A stretch of 32,000 nucleotides of DNA from Candidatus Saccharimonadota bacterium (GTDB lineage Bacteria; Patescibacteriota; Gracilibacteria; BD1-5; UBA2023), in the NCBI GenBank assembly GCA_046350815.1, contig JAXLZO010000001.1:300001-332000 (forward strand). The letters run 5' to 3'. The notes under the pieces are model-generated. The model was given only the letters and a program-made list of their open reading frames with translations. It did not search any database and was not told the origin of the DNA. This document shows positions 10,131 to 21,149 of this stretch, piece by piece (within the stretch, counting starts at the first letter, position 1; each line of letters opens with the position of its first letter). A program made the position numbers and the translations under genes.

Positions 10131-11539
10131 GAAGTGGTATTAACAAGAATAAAAATAATCATCGGAACAACTCAAAAAACACTAAGAATACCTGACTTAT
10201 AACCACGAACGAATGAGAAAACAAAGCCTACAGAGAGAAATATAAGTGCATAAGGAAGACTAAGATCTAATCGTATGAGAAAATCGTGAAAGAAAATCGT
10301 AGATCCAAAATAGAAAAGGGAATAAAAAAGTGTTGTGGCTATACCAACTCGTGAGAGAGTTTGAAAGAAAAACACAAAAAGCTCCTGATAATAATAGATT
10401 CCTTTTACAATACGTGTATAAGAAACTTCTTTTCATCCAACTCGAGCGTTAATGAGTGCTATATTTTGTTCTATGAGACGTATTTTTGCAGAAATTCGAT
10501 CTCTTTGTGTTTCATCTTTCTCGAGCTTGTAAAGATTTTGATTCACAGCCAGTTTTTCTCGATAAAGCTCAAGTCTTTGAAGTTGATTATAATAACCATA
10601 ATCTCATGATCCAACTGATCATGTTGATGTTTTTTTATCACCTTCTTCCGAGGCACTCAAAAGCGCAAAAAAATTAGTGATATCTCGAGTCCAAGATCGA
10701 AGAAGTTTTTCTACTTTTTTTGAAACATCATTATCAACTCAACCAACACTCGTTTTTGATCAAAACTGCTTTAAAAGATTATTTGTTTCTTTAAGGAGCT
10801 CATTTTTTTGTTCTCCTCATTGTTTTCGAACGATATCAACTTCAAGTTCTCAGATTTTTTTGAGAGCTGTTTCACCAACAAGTTTTAATTTAGCAATATT
10901 AGTGATATTTTTGGTTTGTCTAAGAGTACTATAGAGAAGCTGGAGTGTGGCTCGCTTTTCACTCGAGAGAACATCATTGTACTTTGATGTTATATTCTCA
11001 ATCTTAAAAAGAACAGTATCAATAAGTCCTTGGTAGAGAGCTATTTCTTTCTTCAGTACCGGAGAAAGATCATCATCTAAACTCTGTGTTCCTCCGGTTT
11101 TTTTTTCTGGAGTTTTCGATTGATTGGATCCAATATTCTGAATGAATGTCTTTGTATTTTTTTGTTCAAGATACACATGATATGCATCAGCAACCTTTGC
11201 AGTTACAAGAAGCTTATCTTCATCGCTCGAATGAATATCAGTATAAATCCTCTCAATTTGACAATTATATTGTTCAACAAGTGTCTGATAAGCATGAAAT
11301 GCATCATCTGATTGAATTTGACCAGTTTTTTTCTCTTTTGCTCAAGTTGGGAGAATAACAAAAGCGTCAAAATAAAAAATTTGTTTTTTTTCGTTGGATT
11401 GATTTGCTTGTTCTTCGATCGAGAGTATTGTATAACCGCTCTTATGTACTTCATTTGTCGCTTCTCAAATATCCGATGCCCGTATAAGGAAATCAAGTTT
11501 TTCACTACCACGAGCGGCACGAACTCGAAAGTATGGCAT
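10118..11539 (-). CDS. Protein with a ~380-aa soluble coiled-coil region and C-terminal TM helices (gene C of the unknown cluster)
   Basis: 474 codons free of TAA/TAG, linking track ORFs 10850-11176 and 10172-10375. MPYFRVRAARGSEKLDFLIRASDIGEATNEVHKSGY...; heptad-like stretches LQRLELYREKLAVNQNLYKLEKDETQRDRISAKIRLIEQNIALINA; then FVFFFQTLSRVGIATTLFYSLFYFGSTIFF. Confidence 0.6.
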
Positions 11540-11557
11540 AAATCAAGTAAACTAAAG

Positions 11558-11881
11558 TTAATGTTTCATTAAATGACGCTCTAATAACTGAAAAATCCTT
11601 TGGGTAGTTTTGTAATCTAGAGTGGTAATTAATTCTGGTAATTTTTTTAATGTTTGCCTCATCTCTTCTCTTCTATTTGGATCATAAATATCGTTAAGAA
11701 ATATTGTTTCCAATGTAAAACTAGATACAAAATCGGATATATTTTTCTGAATTTCAGAAGATGGTAATTTTTCTGCTAAAGTTTTTTGCATTTCATGCTT
11801 TGCAACTCAAATTTTATTTAAAATATCTCATTTTTCTCATGAAATATCATTTTTTTTGTATCAAAATTCTTCATTAGACAT
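11558..11881 (-). CDS. Small helical hypothetical protein (gene B)
   Basis: MSNEEF(G)YKKNDIS(G)EK(G)DILNKI(G)VAKHEMQKTLAEKL...LLERHLMKH, ending at TAA 11558-11560. Extends track ORF 11558-11791 upstream through four TGAs. Confidence 0.5.
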
Positions 11882-12113
11882 GAGTAGAAATATCAAAAAT
11901 TAATGATTCTTTCTGCTGTTCTCATTCAGCAATTATTTGAGAAATTTTATCATACAGATCGGTAAGATCATCTACTTCAAGAACCATAACGGCCTCAAGA
12001 TAGAGAAGTTTTTCTGTGTCAGGCATCTGTGTCATGGATGAAATAAGTGTTCGAAGAACGACTTGCATCTGACTCTTGCGGCGAAACTGTCGAAATATTT
12101 CTAAAAATTGCAT
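11874..12113 (-). CDS. Small hypothetical protein (gene A, first gene of the minus-strand array)
   Basis: MQFLEIFRQFRRKSQMQVVLRTLISSMTQMPDTEKLLYLEAVMVLEVDDLTDLYDKISQIIAE(G)EQQKESLIFDISTHV. Overlaps the gene B start by 8 nt. A 318-nt AT-rich spacer lies upstream. Confidence 0.5.
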
Positions 12114-12380
12114 ACACGCAGTATATATTTTATTTTAATAAATCCAGACATATTCGACATTTCATGACAAAAACTTTCTACATAGATAATATATAAATTT
12201 ATTTAGTTTTAGTAGTAATTCAAACTTTGGAAAATCTTTTTTTGAACAAAAGAGAAAGAAAAAAAGAAAAGTTATTTAACATTGACACGCTTGGTTTCCT
12301 TTTATGAATAATAAGAAAGAGATTTTTTAACATTTATTATTTGTAAAAAACTTTTTACTCTTGATTTGAGTTTTTTGTGT

Positions 12381-12407
12381 TTGATTCTATTATGTGGATG
12401 TTAAATA
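12381..12407 (+). promoter_or_regulatory. Candidate promoter TTGATT-N15-TAAATA for the ctp-glyA block
   Basis: The hexamers lie ~25 nt upstream of ATG 12432, with the same 15-nt spacing as the tRNA promoters. The hexamer matches are only moderate. Confidence 0.3.
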
Positions 12408-12431
12408 TTTTTTTAGACAATTCTGACACGT

Positions 12432-13709
12432 ATGAAAATTACTGACAAGTTTTGAGCAATCTCTCACGGACTTTCATTGAGCTTAATATTTCTTGTATTT
12501 CTTCATGTTCTTGGACTTTACTCACTTCCAACACTTCGTGATATACAATCTAATCATCTTGGGAAATATCAATCCTATGATAGTTATAAATCATTTGTAT
12601 CAGCCAAACAAAATAGCATTGTCGATGAAACGAAGGAAATTATTCAAAAGAATTATGTTGAACCGATCGATATGAGTGGTTCTTATATTGAAAAAGCATA
12701 TGTTGAATGACTTGTTTCGAGTCTGAAAGATCCATTTTCTGAATATTTAAATGGAAAGGAATTAGAATATTTTAGTGAATCACTTCGTGGAAACTTCGCT
12801 GGTATAGGGGCCGTAATTACGAGTGTTGATGATGGAGTGGTTATTCGTGAGGTTCTTCAAGATTCGCCAGCTTATAAAGCACAACTCAAGGTTGGTGACA
12901 TTATAACAATGGTTAATACCGGATCACTTCGTGGAGTAACTACAACAGAAGCGGTGAATCTTATTCGTTGAAAACCAGGAACAGCAGTTGATATTACGTA
13001 TCGAAGATGAGGTCTTATAAACAAGATAAATATTATACGATCTATCGTAAAAGTGCCATCAATCGAATCAGAAAAAACAAAAGATGGATTTCTCTATATA
13101 CGAGTTAAGATGTTTTGACAAGATACTGCACGTGATTTTTCAGAAATTCTCCTGAAAAATAATCCAAAAGAAATAAAGGCTCTTGTAATAGATTTACGAG
13201 ATAATGGCGGATGACTTCTCTCTGCAGCGCAAGAAATGCTTTCTCATTTTTTCAAGGAAGATACGGTAGTTCTTCGTGATCGTTGAAGAAAAAATAATGG
13301 TGGTAAATATCTCTCATGATGATTGTTTGAAGAAGAAGTAAAAACAAGTAATACAAATCCAATAATGACGAATCTTCCAATCGTAGTTTTAGTGAATGAA
13401 AATTCCGCTTCCGCTTCAGAAATATTTGCATGAGCCATACAGGATCTTAAGCGTTGAAAGGTAATAGGAAGAAAAACATACGGAAAATGATCAGTACAAC
13501 AACCATTTGAACTCAGTGATGGAAGTCAAATAAAGATTACCATAGCACGATGGTTTACACCACTTAATCATTCTATTGATAAACTTGGAATAACACCAGA
13601 TATTACACTTGAACCAATACCAATTGATGCAAGTATGGAAAAAATTCTCTCACTCCTTGGTCAGGAAAAAAGTAAGGCTCTTGAACTTGCAAAAAAACTC
13701 ACTCAATAA
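12432..13709 (+). CDS. ctpA: S41 carboxy-terminal processing peptidase with N-terminal membrane anchor and PDZ domain
   Basis: FAGIGAVI, PDZ LKVGDIITMVN, LIR(G)KPGT, VIDLRDNGG(G)LL, NENSASASEIFA(G)AIQD, TYGK(G)SVQ. I hand-counted 12 in-frame TGAs. Confidence 0.9.
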
Positions 13710-13719
13710 TTTTACATTT

Positions 13720-14961
13720 ATGATCGATAAAGATATCCAAAAATGGATCGAATGAGAAACAAAGAGACAAACTTCGACACTTGAAATGATAGCATCAGAA
13801 AATATTATTTCACCTGATGTTATGGCTTGTTTATCGACTCCATTTGCGAACAAATATAGTGAATGACTTCCAGAAAAACGATATTATTCTTGACAAGAAT
13901 TTGTCGACTATGTCGAAAATGCAACGATTGATGCAGCAAAGAAAATATTCGGATTTGAGGCTGTAAATGTTCAACCTCATTCTGGATCACCAGCAAATCT
14001 AGCAATACAACTTGCACTTCTATCGCCTGGTGATACGATACTTTCTCTTTCGCTCGATCAATGAGGACATCTTTCTCATGGTCACAGACTCAATTATTCT
14101 GGAAAACTCTATAACATAGTGAGTTATACACTGGATCAAGACTCACATCGTATTGATATGGATCGAGTTGAGAGTTTGGCACGAGAATATCAACCAAAAA
14201 TGATCATTGCATGATTTTCTGCATATCCTCGAGATATAGATTGGCAATGATTTTCTCGCATAGCAAAGATGGTAGATGCATACTTGCTTGCTGATATTTC
14301 TCATACTGCAGGGTTAATTGCTGGATGAATACTTCCATCTCCGGTTGGACATGCTGATATTATTATGACAACTACTCATAAAACACTTCGATGACCAAGA
14401 TGAGCAATCATTGGTTGTCGATGAGACTTAGAAAAGAAAATTAATTCAGCAGTCTTTCCTTGAGTCCAGGGTTGACCTCATATGCACTCTATTCTTGCAA
14501 AACTCCAGGCATTTCATGAGGTTCTAAAGCCTGAATTTCAGGATTATGCTCGACAAGTAAAAGAAAATGCAGCTGTTCTTGCTGAATCACTCTTGAAAAG
14601 GTGATTTCGTCTTATTACTGGTGGAACAGACACACATCTTATTCTTATTGATGTTTTCTCAAGTCATGGAATTTCTGGTGATCGCGCTCAGGATGTTCTC
14701 GAAGGTGTTGGTATATCTGTGAATAAAAATATGATTCCAAATGATATAAGAACCGCTCTTTCTCCTTCTGGTATACGAATTGGTACGCCAGCGCTCACGA
14801 CACGCGGTTGTACGACTCATGATATGGAGAAAATAGCAGAATATCTTGATATTGCTTTGCAAAATACAGAAAGAAATGCTATATTAGCGTCTCTTTGAGA
14901 AGAAATACATAATTTTTCATCGAGTCTTCCAATATTTTCTCCTCGTTGGATATGTCATTAG
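13720..14961 (+). CDS. glyA: Serine hydroxymethyltransferase
   Basis: [18 protein letters not shown](G)[29 protein letters not shown](G)G, TTTHKTLR(G)PR(G). Stop TAG 14959-14961. Confidence 0.95.
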
Positions 14962-15560
14962 ACGATTTTGATTTTTTTAACGCACCATCAGTTAGTAATA
15001 CCACCTCCGAAGATAGCGAGGTTTTTCGAGCGGCAGTAGCAAAAAGTATTGCAGGCATCAAACAAACAAAATCTGATGAGAAAAAGAGTAAAAATTATGA
15101 TACACTCTTGATAGCTTTTCTTCAGCGAATACTCAAAAATCCAAATGATACAGATAAGCAATTTGTTGACGCTGCTGTATTTTTTCTATCACTTGGAACA
15201 TCAAGTAGCATTATTATGTTACTTGTTTCACTCTATGAATACCAATCATTCATAGATCTTTGATGAGTATATGAGCTTGATAAATGGAATAATGGGGATT
15301 TTGATGAATTTATGCATGTTTGGATTGTTATGAGTTTTTGACAGATAAAAAATTTTAGTGATTTACAGGCAAAAAAATTCCTTTTACAAAAAAATATCAA
15401 TGAATATCAAAATGCATTTTCCAATGTGTTTGTATATTCATTAGCACGATACTCTCTTGACGATGAAAAGATGAGGAAATATTCAATAATTATTTTTGAA
15501 GAGCTTTCAAAGAGATTAGAAGCTATTTGTAATCAGAGCTTTTTATTAAAGAATGAATAA
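14952..15560 (+). CDS. Hypothetical protein
   Basis: 203 codons free of TAA/TAG, extending track ORF 14946-15263 through [21 protein letters not shown]...LSKRLEAICNQSFLLKNE. Its ATG overlaps the glyA stop by 10 nt. No motif recognised. Confidence 0.55.
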
Positions 15561-15575
15561 AAGTTTGTTGATGAT

Positions 15576-17111
15576 TTATTTTCACTTTAGAAAACCTAGA
15601 CTCAGAGTTCATTTATGAATAAATGATAAGAGGCTCACAAATAGAAAAAAGAAAAAACAAACAATACATATAAGATAGCTTTCATATTTTGAAAGGCTAA
15701 AATTTTGAAGATTTCATGGCATGGAGTGTGCGTATTCAGCAATAGATAAAACTATATTAAGTCAATAATGGACCCACCATGCTAAGAGAATTCATCAAAA
15801 ATGATTTATTTCATTTATCACAAGAGAGAATATTCCTCAAATAGTAATAGGGGCAATAAATGGTCAAATGAGTATATTTACTATAGGTCAGTAGAGAGAA
15901 AATTGTCAAAATGAAACAATTAGAACAACAATAGTTGCTATAGTAGCTGAAAGAGTCGTTATCAAAGTATCACGAAGACCAATAATAGCATTTGGAATAA
16001 ATGTAAGGTATTTTTGAAAAAATGGCACAAAAAGAATCATTCCAAATGTCGCAAAGAAAGAAAGGTAAAAACTCGCATCAGTGATGATTTCATGAGGCAT
16101 GACTATACCAAAACCAAATGCTACAAGAAATAAAAGAATGAGAGGATCTATTTTTTGATTTCACTGCAAGGCAAGATATCATAGAACTCACATAATAGCA
16201 GCTCGTATAACAGGAACACCTCATCATACAATCCATACAAAAATCAAGAGTGCTGTTATAGTCGTGAATATCCGAAAACGTCGTGGAAAAATAGTGAATA
16301 TTCCACTAAAAAGAATGAGCACAAGAGTAATATTTGAACCAGATACCACAAGAATATGAGAGATTCATGTTTCTTGATAGAGTGTTTGGTATTCTTTCGT
16401 TATGCCTTGTTTATCTCAAAAAATCATTGCCGCAAGGAGTCATGATTGGTTTGATGGATAGAGTGATCGTAGTTGTTTATAAATATATTCCCGAATAGTA
16501 AAACTCGAGAAAAAAGAATTATTTTTTCATACAATCTCAAATGTATCAATATTTGTGCTAAGATATATCTTCTTTGCCTGAAGAAATTCCTTATAGCGAA
16601 ATTCCGTTGTATTTTTTGGGATCTCAAGTTTGACAACACTTGACACAATATCGCCAGGTTTTGGACTAATATTCTTATCTACATTAATATTGATAAGGAA
16701 ATTATGAGAAAGAGATATATCGTCAACCTGTCGAAGTTCGCCAATAATTCTATTTTTACTTTCACTACCACCATCCATGCGAACGACATAAACATTTATT
16801 TTTCTATTTTTTCCGATAAGAGAATAAATACTTTCTATAGATATGTTCGTATCCCTGACTTCATCGTGTATTACATATCAACCAAGAAGAAATGATCCAA
16901 ATAAGAAAAGAATACTATATCAGATCCACTGCTTTGATCTACAAATGAGAGGACTTAAAAATAAGCCTAAGATAAAAATACTACCAAGAAGAAAACTTAG
17001 TATAGGGCTAAAATATACACAAAAAATCCCTCCAAAGAAGGAAAAGACAGAAAGAGTTAGAATTATTTTTGCAATGGTTTGATAACGAATTTGAAAAGTT
17101 CGTGAGATCAT
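15576..17111 (-). CDS. comEC: ComEC/Rec2 DNA-uptake channel protein (OB/DUF4131-like plus competence domain only)
   Basis: A single frame links track ORFs 16920-17159, 16527-16778 and 15906-16100. LLAAMIF(G)DKQGI, T(G)ISHILVVSGSNITLV, FYLSFFATFGMI, (G)QFSLY(G)PIVNILI(G)PFIAP. It ends after the last TM block, so there is no metallo-beta-lactamase domain. An alternative TTG start is at 17159. Confidence 0.8.
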
Positions 17112-17854
17112 AAAAGAAATAGTAATACACAACAAACTTGAGTAATCGAAAAATATCAAAAGAGAAGATTATTATTTTCTCGTGCACCATCAAAAAACTC
17201 TCATACAAAAAGCATGATGGAAAAACCTATAAAACCAAGCGCAGCACTTAGACCATGAATTTTTGATGTCTGATTCATGGTATAGATAACGAAAAAAAGA
17301 AAGAACGTAACAATAGCATAAGTAATTCCAAGTGGAAAGAGATCTCATCAAATTGGCACAGTTGTATCGGGATTATTATAGCTTACTCCAATCAAAAGAG
17401 ATGTATTTTGTCCATAAATAACCTCGCTTATAAATCATCAAATCCATCCAACCCATGATGCAAAAAGAAATGAAAGTACAGATATATCGAGATACTTATC
17501 TCTATTGAGTCCAAAGCTTTCAACTTTACTCCAGAGAACTACGAGAAAACCAAATATACTTCCAACAAGCGAAAGATTGTAATTAGTGCTGAATAAGAGA
17601 GTTTGGAGTCCATATCTCATGCTATAGCTCCACTGATCAATATGTTCGAGAAAATAAAAGAGTCTTCCAAATACAAATATACTTACTATAAATAAGAGAA
17701 AGTTTCTGCTAAAAAACCGAAAGTTTACACCTCATTTCTTTGAAAGTTTTCTCAACATCCACCCAAAAAGAAATGTTGAAATGATGAGTGTTATTCAGAA
17801 GGTAAATATATGAATTTCGTTCTCAGTACTACCAAGAGTTATATACGGATACAT
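17063..17854 (-). CDS. lgt: Prolipoprotein diacylglyceryl transferase-like membrane protein
   Basis: 264 codons. Multi-TM, with WI(G)(G)FISEVIYGQNT, LFPLGITYAIV and IGFSIMLFV(G)EFFDGAR, resembling the Lgt G-rich, YE and E-F-R blocks. Weaker match than the other calls. Confidence 0.5.
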
Positions 17855-17865
17855 ATAGTTATTGT

Positions 17866-19389
17866 TTAGCGGGCATATTCTATAACGCGTTTCTCTCTGA
17901 TAAGATTTACTTTTACCTCCCCAGGATAGGAGAGTTTTTCTTCTATTTCACTTGCAATATTGCGAGCGAGAGCGAGTGAATCAATATCATTGATTTCATC
18001 TGCATCGACAAAAATTCGAATTTCTCGTCCAGCCTGAAGTGCAAATGCTTTATCGACACCAGAATAACTCATAGCAATTCACTCCATTTCTTGTACTCGC
18101 TTCAGATAATCATCACTATTCATGCGTCGCGCGCCAGGACGAACAGCACTGATTGCATCGGCAATTTGGACAATTTTTGTTTCAATACAAATGCATGGTA
18201 CTCCATCGTGGTGACCTTCAATAATATTGGTAAGTTCCTCAGAGAGTCAGTATTTACGAGCAAGTTTGCCACCGAGTTCCGGATGTGTTCATTCTATATC
18301 ATGATCAAGTGCTTTTCCGATGTCGTGCAGCAGTCCACCACGATAGGCAAGTTCTTCATTTGCCCCTATAAGTTGTGCAATTGATCGAGCAATATAGGCA
18401 ACTTCTTTGGAATGAAGAATAATATTTTGCCCATAACTTGTTCGAAATCGAAGTTTGCCAATGAGTGGTGCAATACCTTCAGGAAGATCATATATTTCCA
18501 TTTCTTCAAGGGTTTTTTGTCCAAGATCCTTGATAAGTTCTTCAGCTTCATTCTGATTTTTTTCAACAATTTCCTCTATACGAGCTGGTTGTATCCTTTT
18601 ATCAGCAATGAGTTCGTCGAGTGATCTTTTTGCTATATAGCGACGAAAAAGATCAAAACTCGAGAGAAATACAACATCAGGAGTATCATCAATGATGAGT
18701 GATACTCATGTTATCCGTTCGAATGCTATAATATTTCTTCATTCCTTCCCAATAAGTTTTCATTTTATATCATCACTTTCAAGATTGACAATTGTTTGTG
18801 TTACTTCTGCAGTAAGATCACCTGCATAATTTTGTATGGCTTTGATAAGAATTTCACGAGAAATTTCTTTTTCACGAATTTGAAGGTCTTTCTTTTTCTT
18901 CTCTATAAGCTTGAGAATGTCATTCTCATAAATAGATTCAGTTTCCTGAAGAATTTGTTCACGAGCCTCATCAATACTCAGGTGAGCAATCTTTTCAAGA
19001 GAGGTTCGTAAGGAACTTCTTTCCCTACTGAGTTCCATCTCAAGATCTTGCATTTTACTTCGTTCTTCTTGTAGATTTGTATATTTTTTATCAATTTCTT
19101 CGAATTTCTTCGTGAGTTTTTCTTCTCTTTCTTGAAGTTTTGATTCTATTTGTATTTGTTGACTGATGCGATCTTGTAGGTCTGATTTGAGACTTTTAAG
19201 ATGTGATTCTTGCTGTCGAATTTCTTCTTGTTTCTGAAGATGTTTCTGGTTGAAATCCTTATGGAGCTTTTGGTATGTTTGTCATTCAAATAGTTTTTGT
19301 TCAGATTTGAGTTTTTTACTATACACAAAAATTGCTCCTGCAGATATCATTCAACTCACAAAAAGAGAGATGATGATGGGGGTGAGCAT
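17866..19389 (-). CDS. rny: Ribonuclease Y
   Basis: N-terminal TM MLTPIIISLFVS(G)MISAGAIFVY, a long coiled coil, a KH region, HD motif GGLLHDIGKALDH and C-terminal SGVDKAFALQAGREIRIFV. The three track ORFs share one frame. Confidence 0.92.
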
Positions 19390-19430
19390 TTGGATAATTT
19401 GAAAAATAAGAGAGGTTTTTCCTCTTTTTG

Positions 19431-19458
19431 AGTATAATTTTGTGCATCTAATTGTCAA
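19431..19458 (-). promoter_or_regulatory. Promoter TTGACA-N16-TATACT for rny
   Basis: Minus-strand sequence TTGACAattagatgcacaaaatTATACT, ~40 nt upstream of ATG 19389. Confidence 0.5.
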
Positions 19459-19462
19459 AACA

Positions 19463-19969
19463 ATGTCAGGAAAAGTATGGACGTGGCGGTGTCAATCTTG
19501 TGCTCGGCTCTCACTCATAGCACATTTGAGAGAATGAGGTGAGGAAGATAATGATGATTCTCAGGAAGAAACAAAGGGTAATCTTGAAGTTTTTGCTGAG
19601 CCTGATCAAGAAATACCGGCACTTTTTTGTGTTTGTTGCGCTGAATATAATTCTCTCGATCTTATAGAAGTCGATCCAATCGAAATAGATGAGTATAGCT
19701 CTCGTCAAATAGGATTTTTCCCATATATAACTCGGGATGAGAATGATATGATTTCATTACGCGTAGATGGTGAATGAGAATATAGCGCAAGGGGAGAATA
19801 TTCCAGTGTTTTGTTTACTCTTTTTCATGATGGATCACTCATAGATTCGTATTATGCTGATAACTCATTTTGGGAAAATTGGGAATATTCTTATGATGAA
19901 GGTATATCTATGATTGTATCAAACGGTTGATTTCATATATGGAAGTTACCAGTTATCTTGTATTCATAA
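19463..19969 (+). CDS. Cys-rich (zinc-ribbon-like) hypothetical protein
   Basis: 169 codons free of TAA/TAG. MSGKVWTWRCQSCARL...ALFCVCCAEYNSL (CxxC plus CxCC), an acidic linker, and an aromatic-rich C-terminal half. Confidence 0.55.
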
Positions 19970-19977
19970 CACGAAGA

Positions 19978-20280
19978 ATGTCTCAAGAATCAGAAAAAGA
20001 TCTTTCACTCCTTGTATGTACTGGAAGAAGCTGTCGCGAGCGACAAAGTGAATATATATTGAAGCGTCTTGGAAATGATTTTTGTTCTCTTGGAGAGCCA
20101 GCAAACATAGAAATTGCTCCTACACTCTGTCGTGGACGTTGTCAAGAGGGCCCTATTCTTGTTGAACATTATGACGATAAAGTTCAAATAGAACATACTC
20201 GCTCAAATCCTATTAAAGCAAGTAAAATTTTTAAACATCTCCTCACACAATTATGACAAAAAAAATCAAAGTCGGTATAG
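19978..20280 (+). CDS. Thioredoxin-like [2Fe-2S] ferredoxin-domain protein
   Basis: MSQESEKDLSLLVCTGRSCRERQSEYILKRL...APTLCRGRCQEGPILV, with a four-Cys CxxxxC...CxxxC pattern. The former TGA at 20254-20256 is read through to TAG 20278-20280. Confidence 0.65.
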
Positions 20281-21128
20281 TTGGAATAGTTGGTCGTCCA
20301 AATGCTGGAAAAAGTACATTTTTAAATACTCTTATTGGTGAAAATGTTTCACTTGTTGCATCATCACCTCAAGCGACAAGAAGATCAATCAAAGGTATAT
20401 ACCAGGATGAAGACTCCCAAATTATTTTTATTGATCTTCCGGGATATCATAAGGGTGAGACAGTTATCAGTCGTGCTCTTATGAAAGAGTTTGAGTCATG
20501 ATTACGAAGTGTAGATATGATTCTTCATTTTATTGATCCCTCGAGACCAGCTGGTGATGAACAATCATCACTTCAAGAACGTTTGAGTTTTCTTTCTCGG
20601 ACACCCGTACTTACTGTTTATACGAAATCAGATCTACGCTCTATACAAACAATACCGACATGAGATACAGTTTTTTCGATTTCTTCACACGAGCCATCTA
20701 CTTTCTGACCACTTCTCTTATCTATTAAGGATAAATTGAGTGAATGAGAACCTCTCTATGATGAAGATTATTACACAGATCAAGATATATTTATCAGAGC
20801 GAGTGAGATCATTCGACAACAGGTGATAGAAAATCTCCAAGAAGAACTTCCTCATGCTGTTGCGGTGGATGTAACACAATTTGATATTGATGAGGATGGT
20901 CGAGCACAGTCCATATTTGCCTATATTGTTGTTGAGAGTGATTCTCAAAAAGGTATTATTCTTGGAAAACAGGCATCTCGTCTTGTAGAAGTTCGTGAAA
21001 AAGCAAGATTAATCCTCAATAGTGTATTTGATCGACATACTCGACTTTTTCTACGTGTCAAAGTTGTCAAAAATTGGCGGAAGAATGAGCAATTTATCAG
21101 TGAAGTTGTTTTCGGTAATAGAAAATAG
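20253..21128 (+). CDS. era: GTPase Era
   Basis: G1 GRPNAGKSTFLN, G3 DLPG, G4 TKSD and C-terminal KH region IFAYIVVESDSQKGIILGK...VKVVKNWRK. Confidence 0.92.
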
Positions 21129-21149
21129 AGTCTTTGTAACTTCGACATT

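Noticed and set aside
10118-10142. Programmed -1 ribosomal frameshift joining genes C and D.
   Set aside because: There is no slippery heptamer or downstream pseudoknot in the 22-nt overlap window. Overlapping genes or a simple indel are more economical explanations.
8959-10202. Lys-rich plus-strand ORFs (8959-9141, 9057-9269, 10008-10202) and alternative hydrophobic minus-frame ORFs (9119-9325, 9370-9609, 9925-10146).
   Set aside because: They are mirror or alternate frames of a T-rich, Phe-codon-rich membrane gene. Only one minus frame stays free of TAA/TAG for 425 codons.
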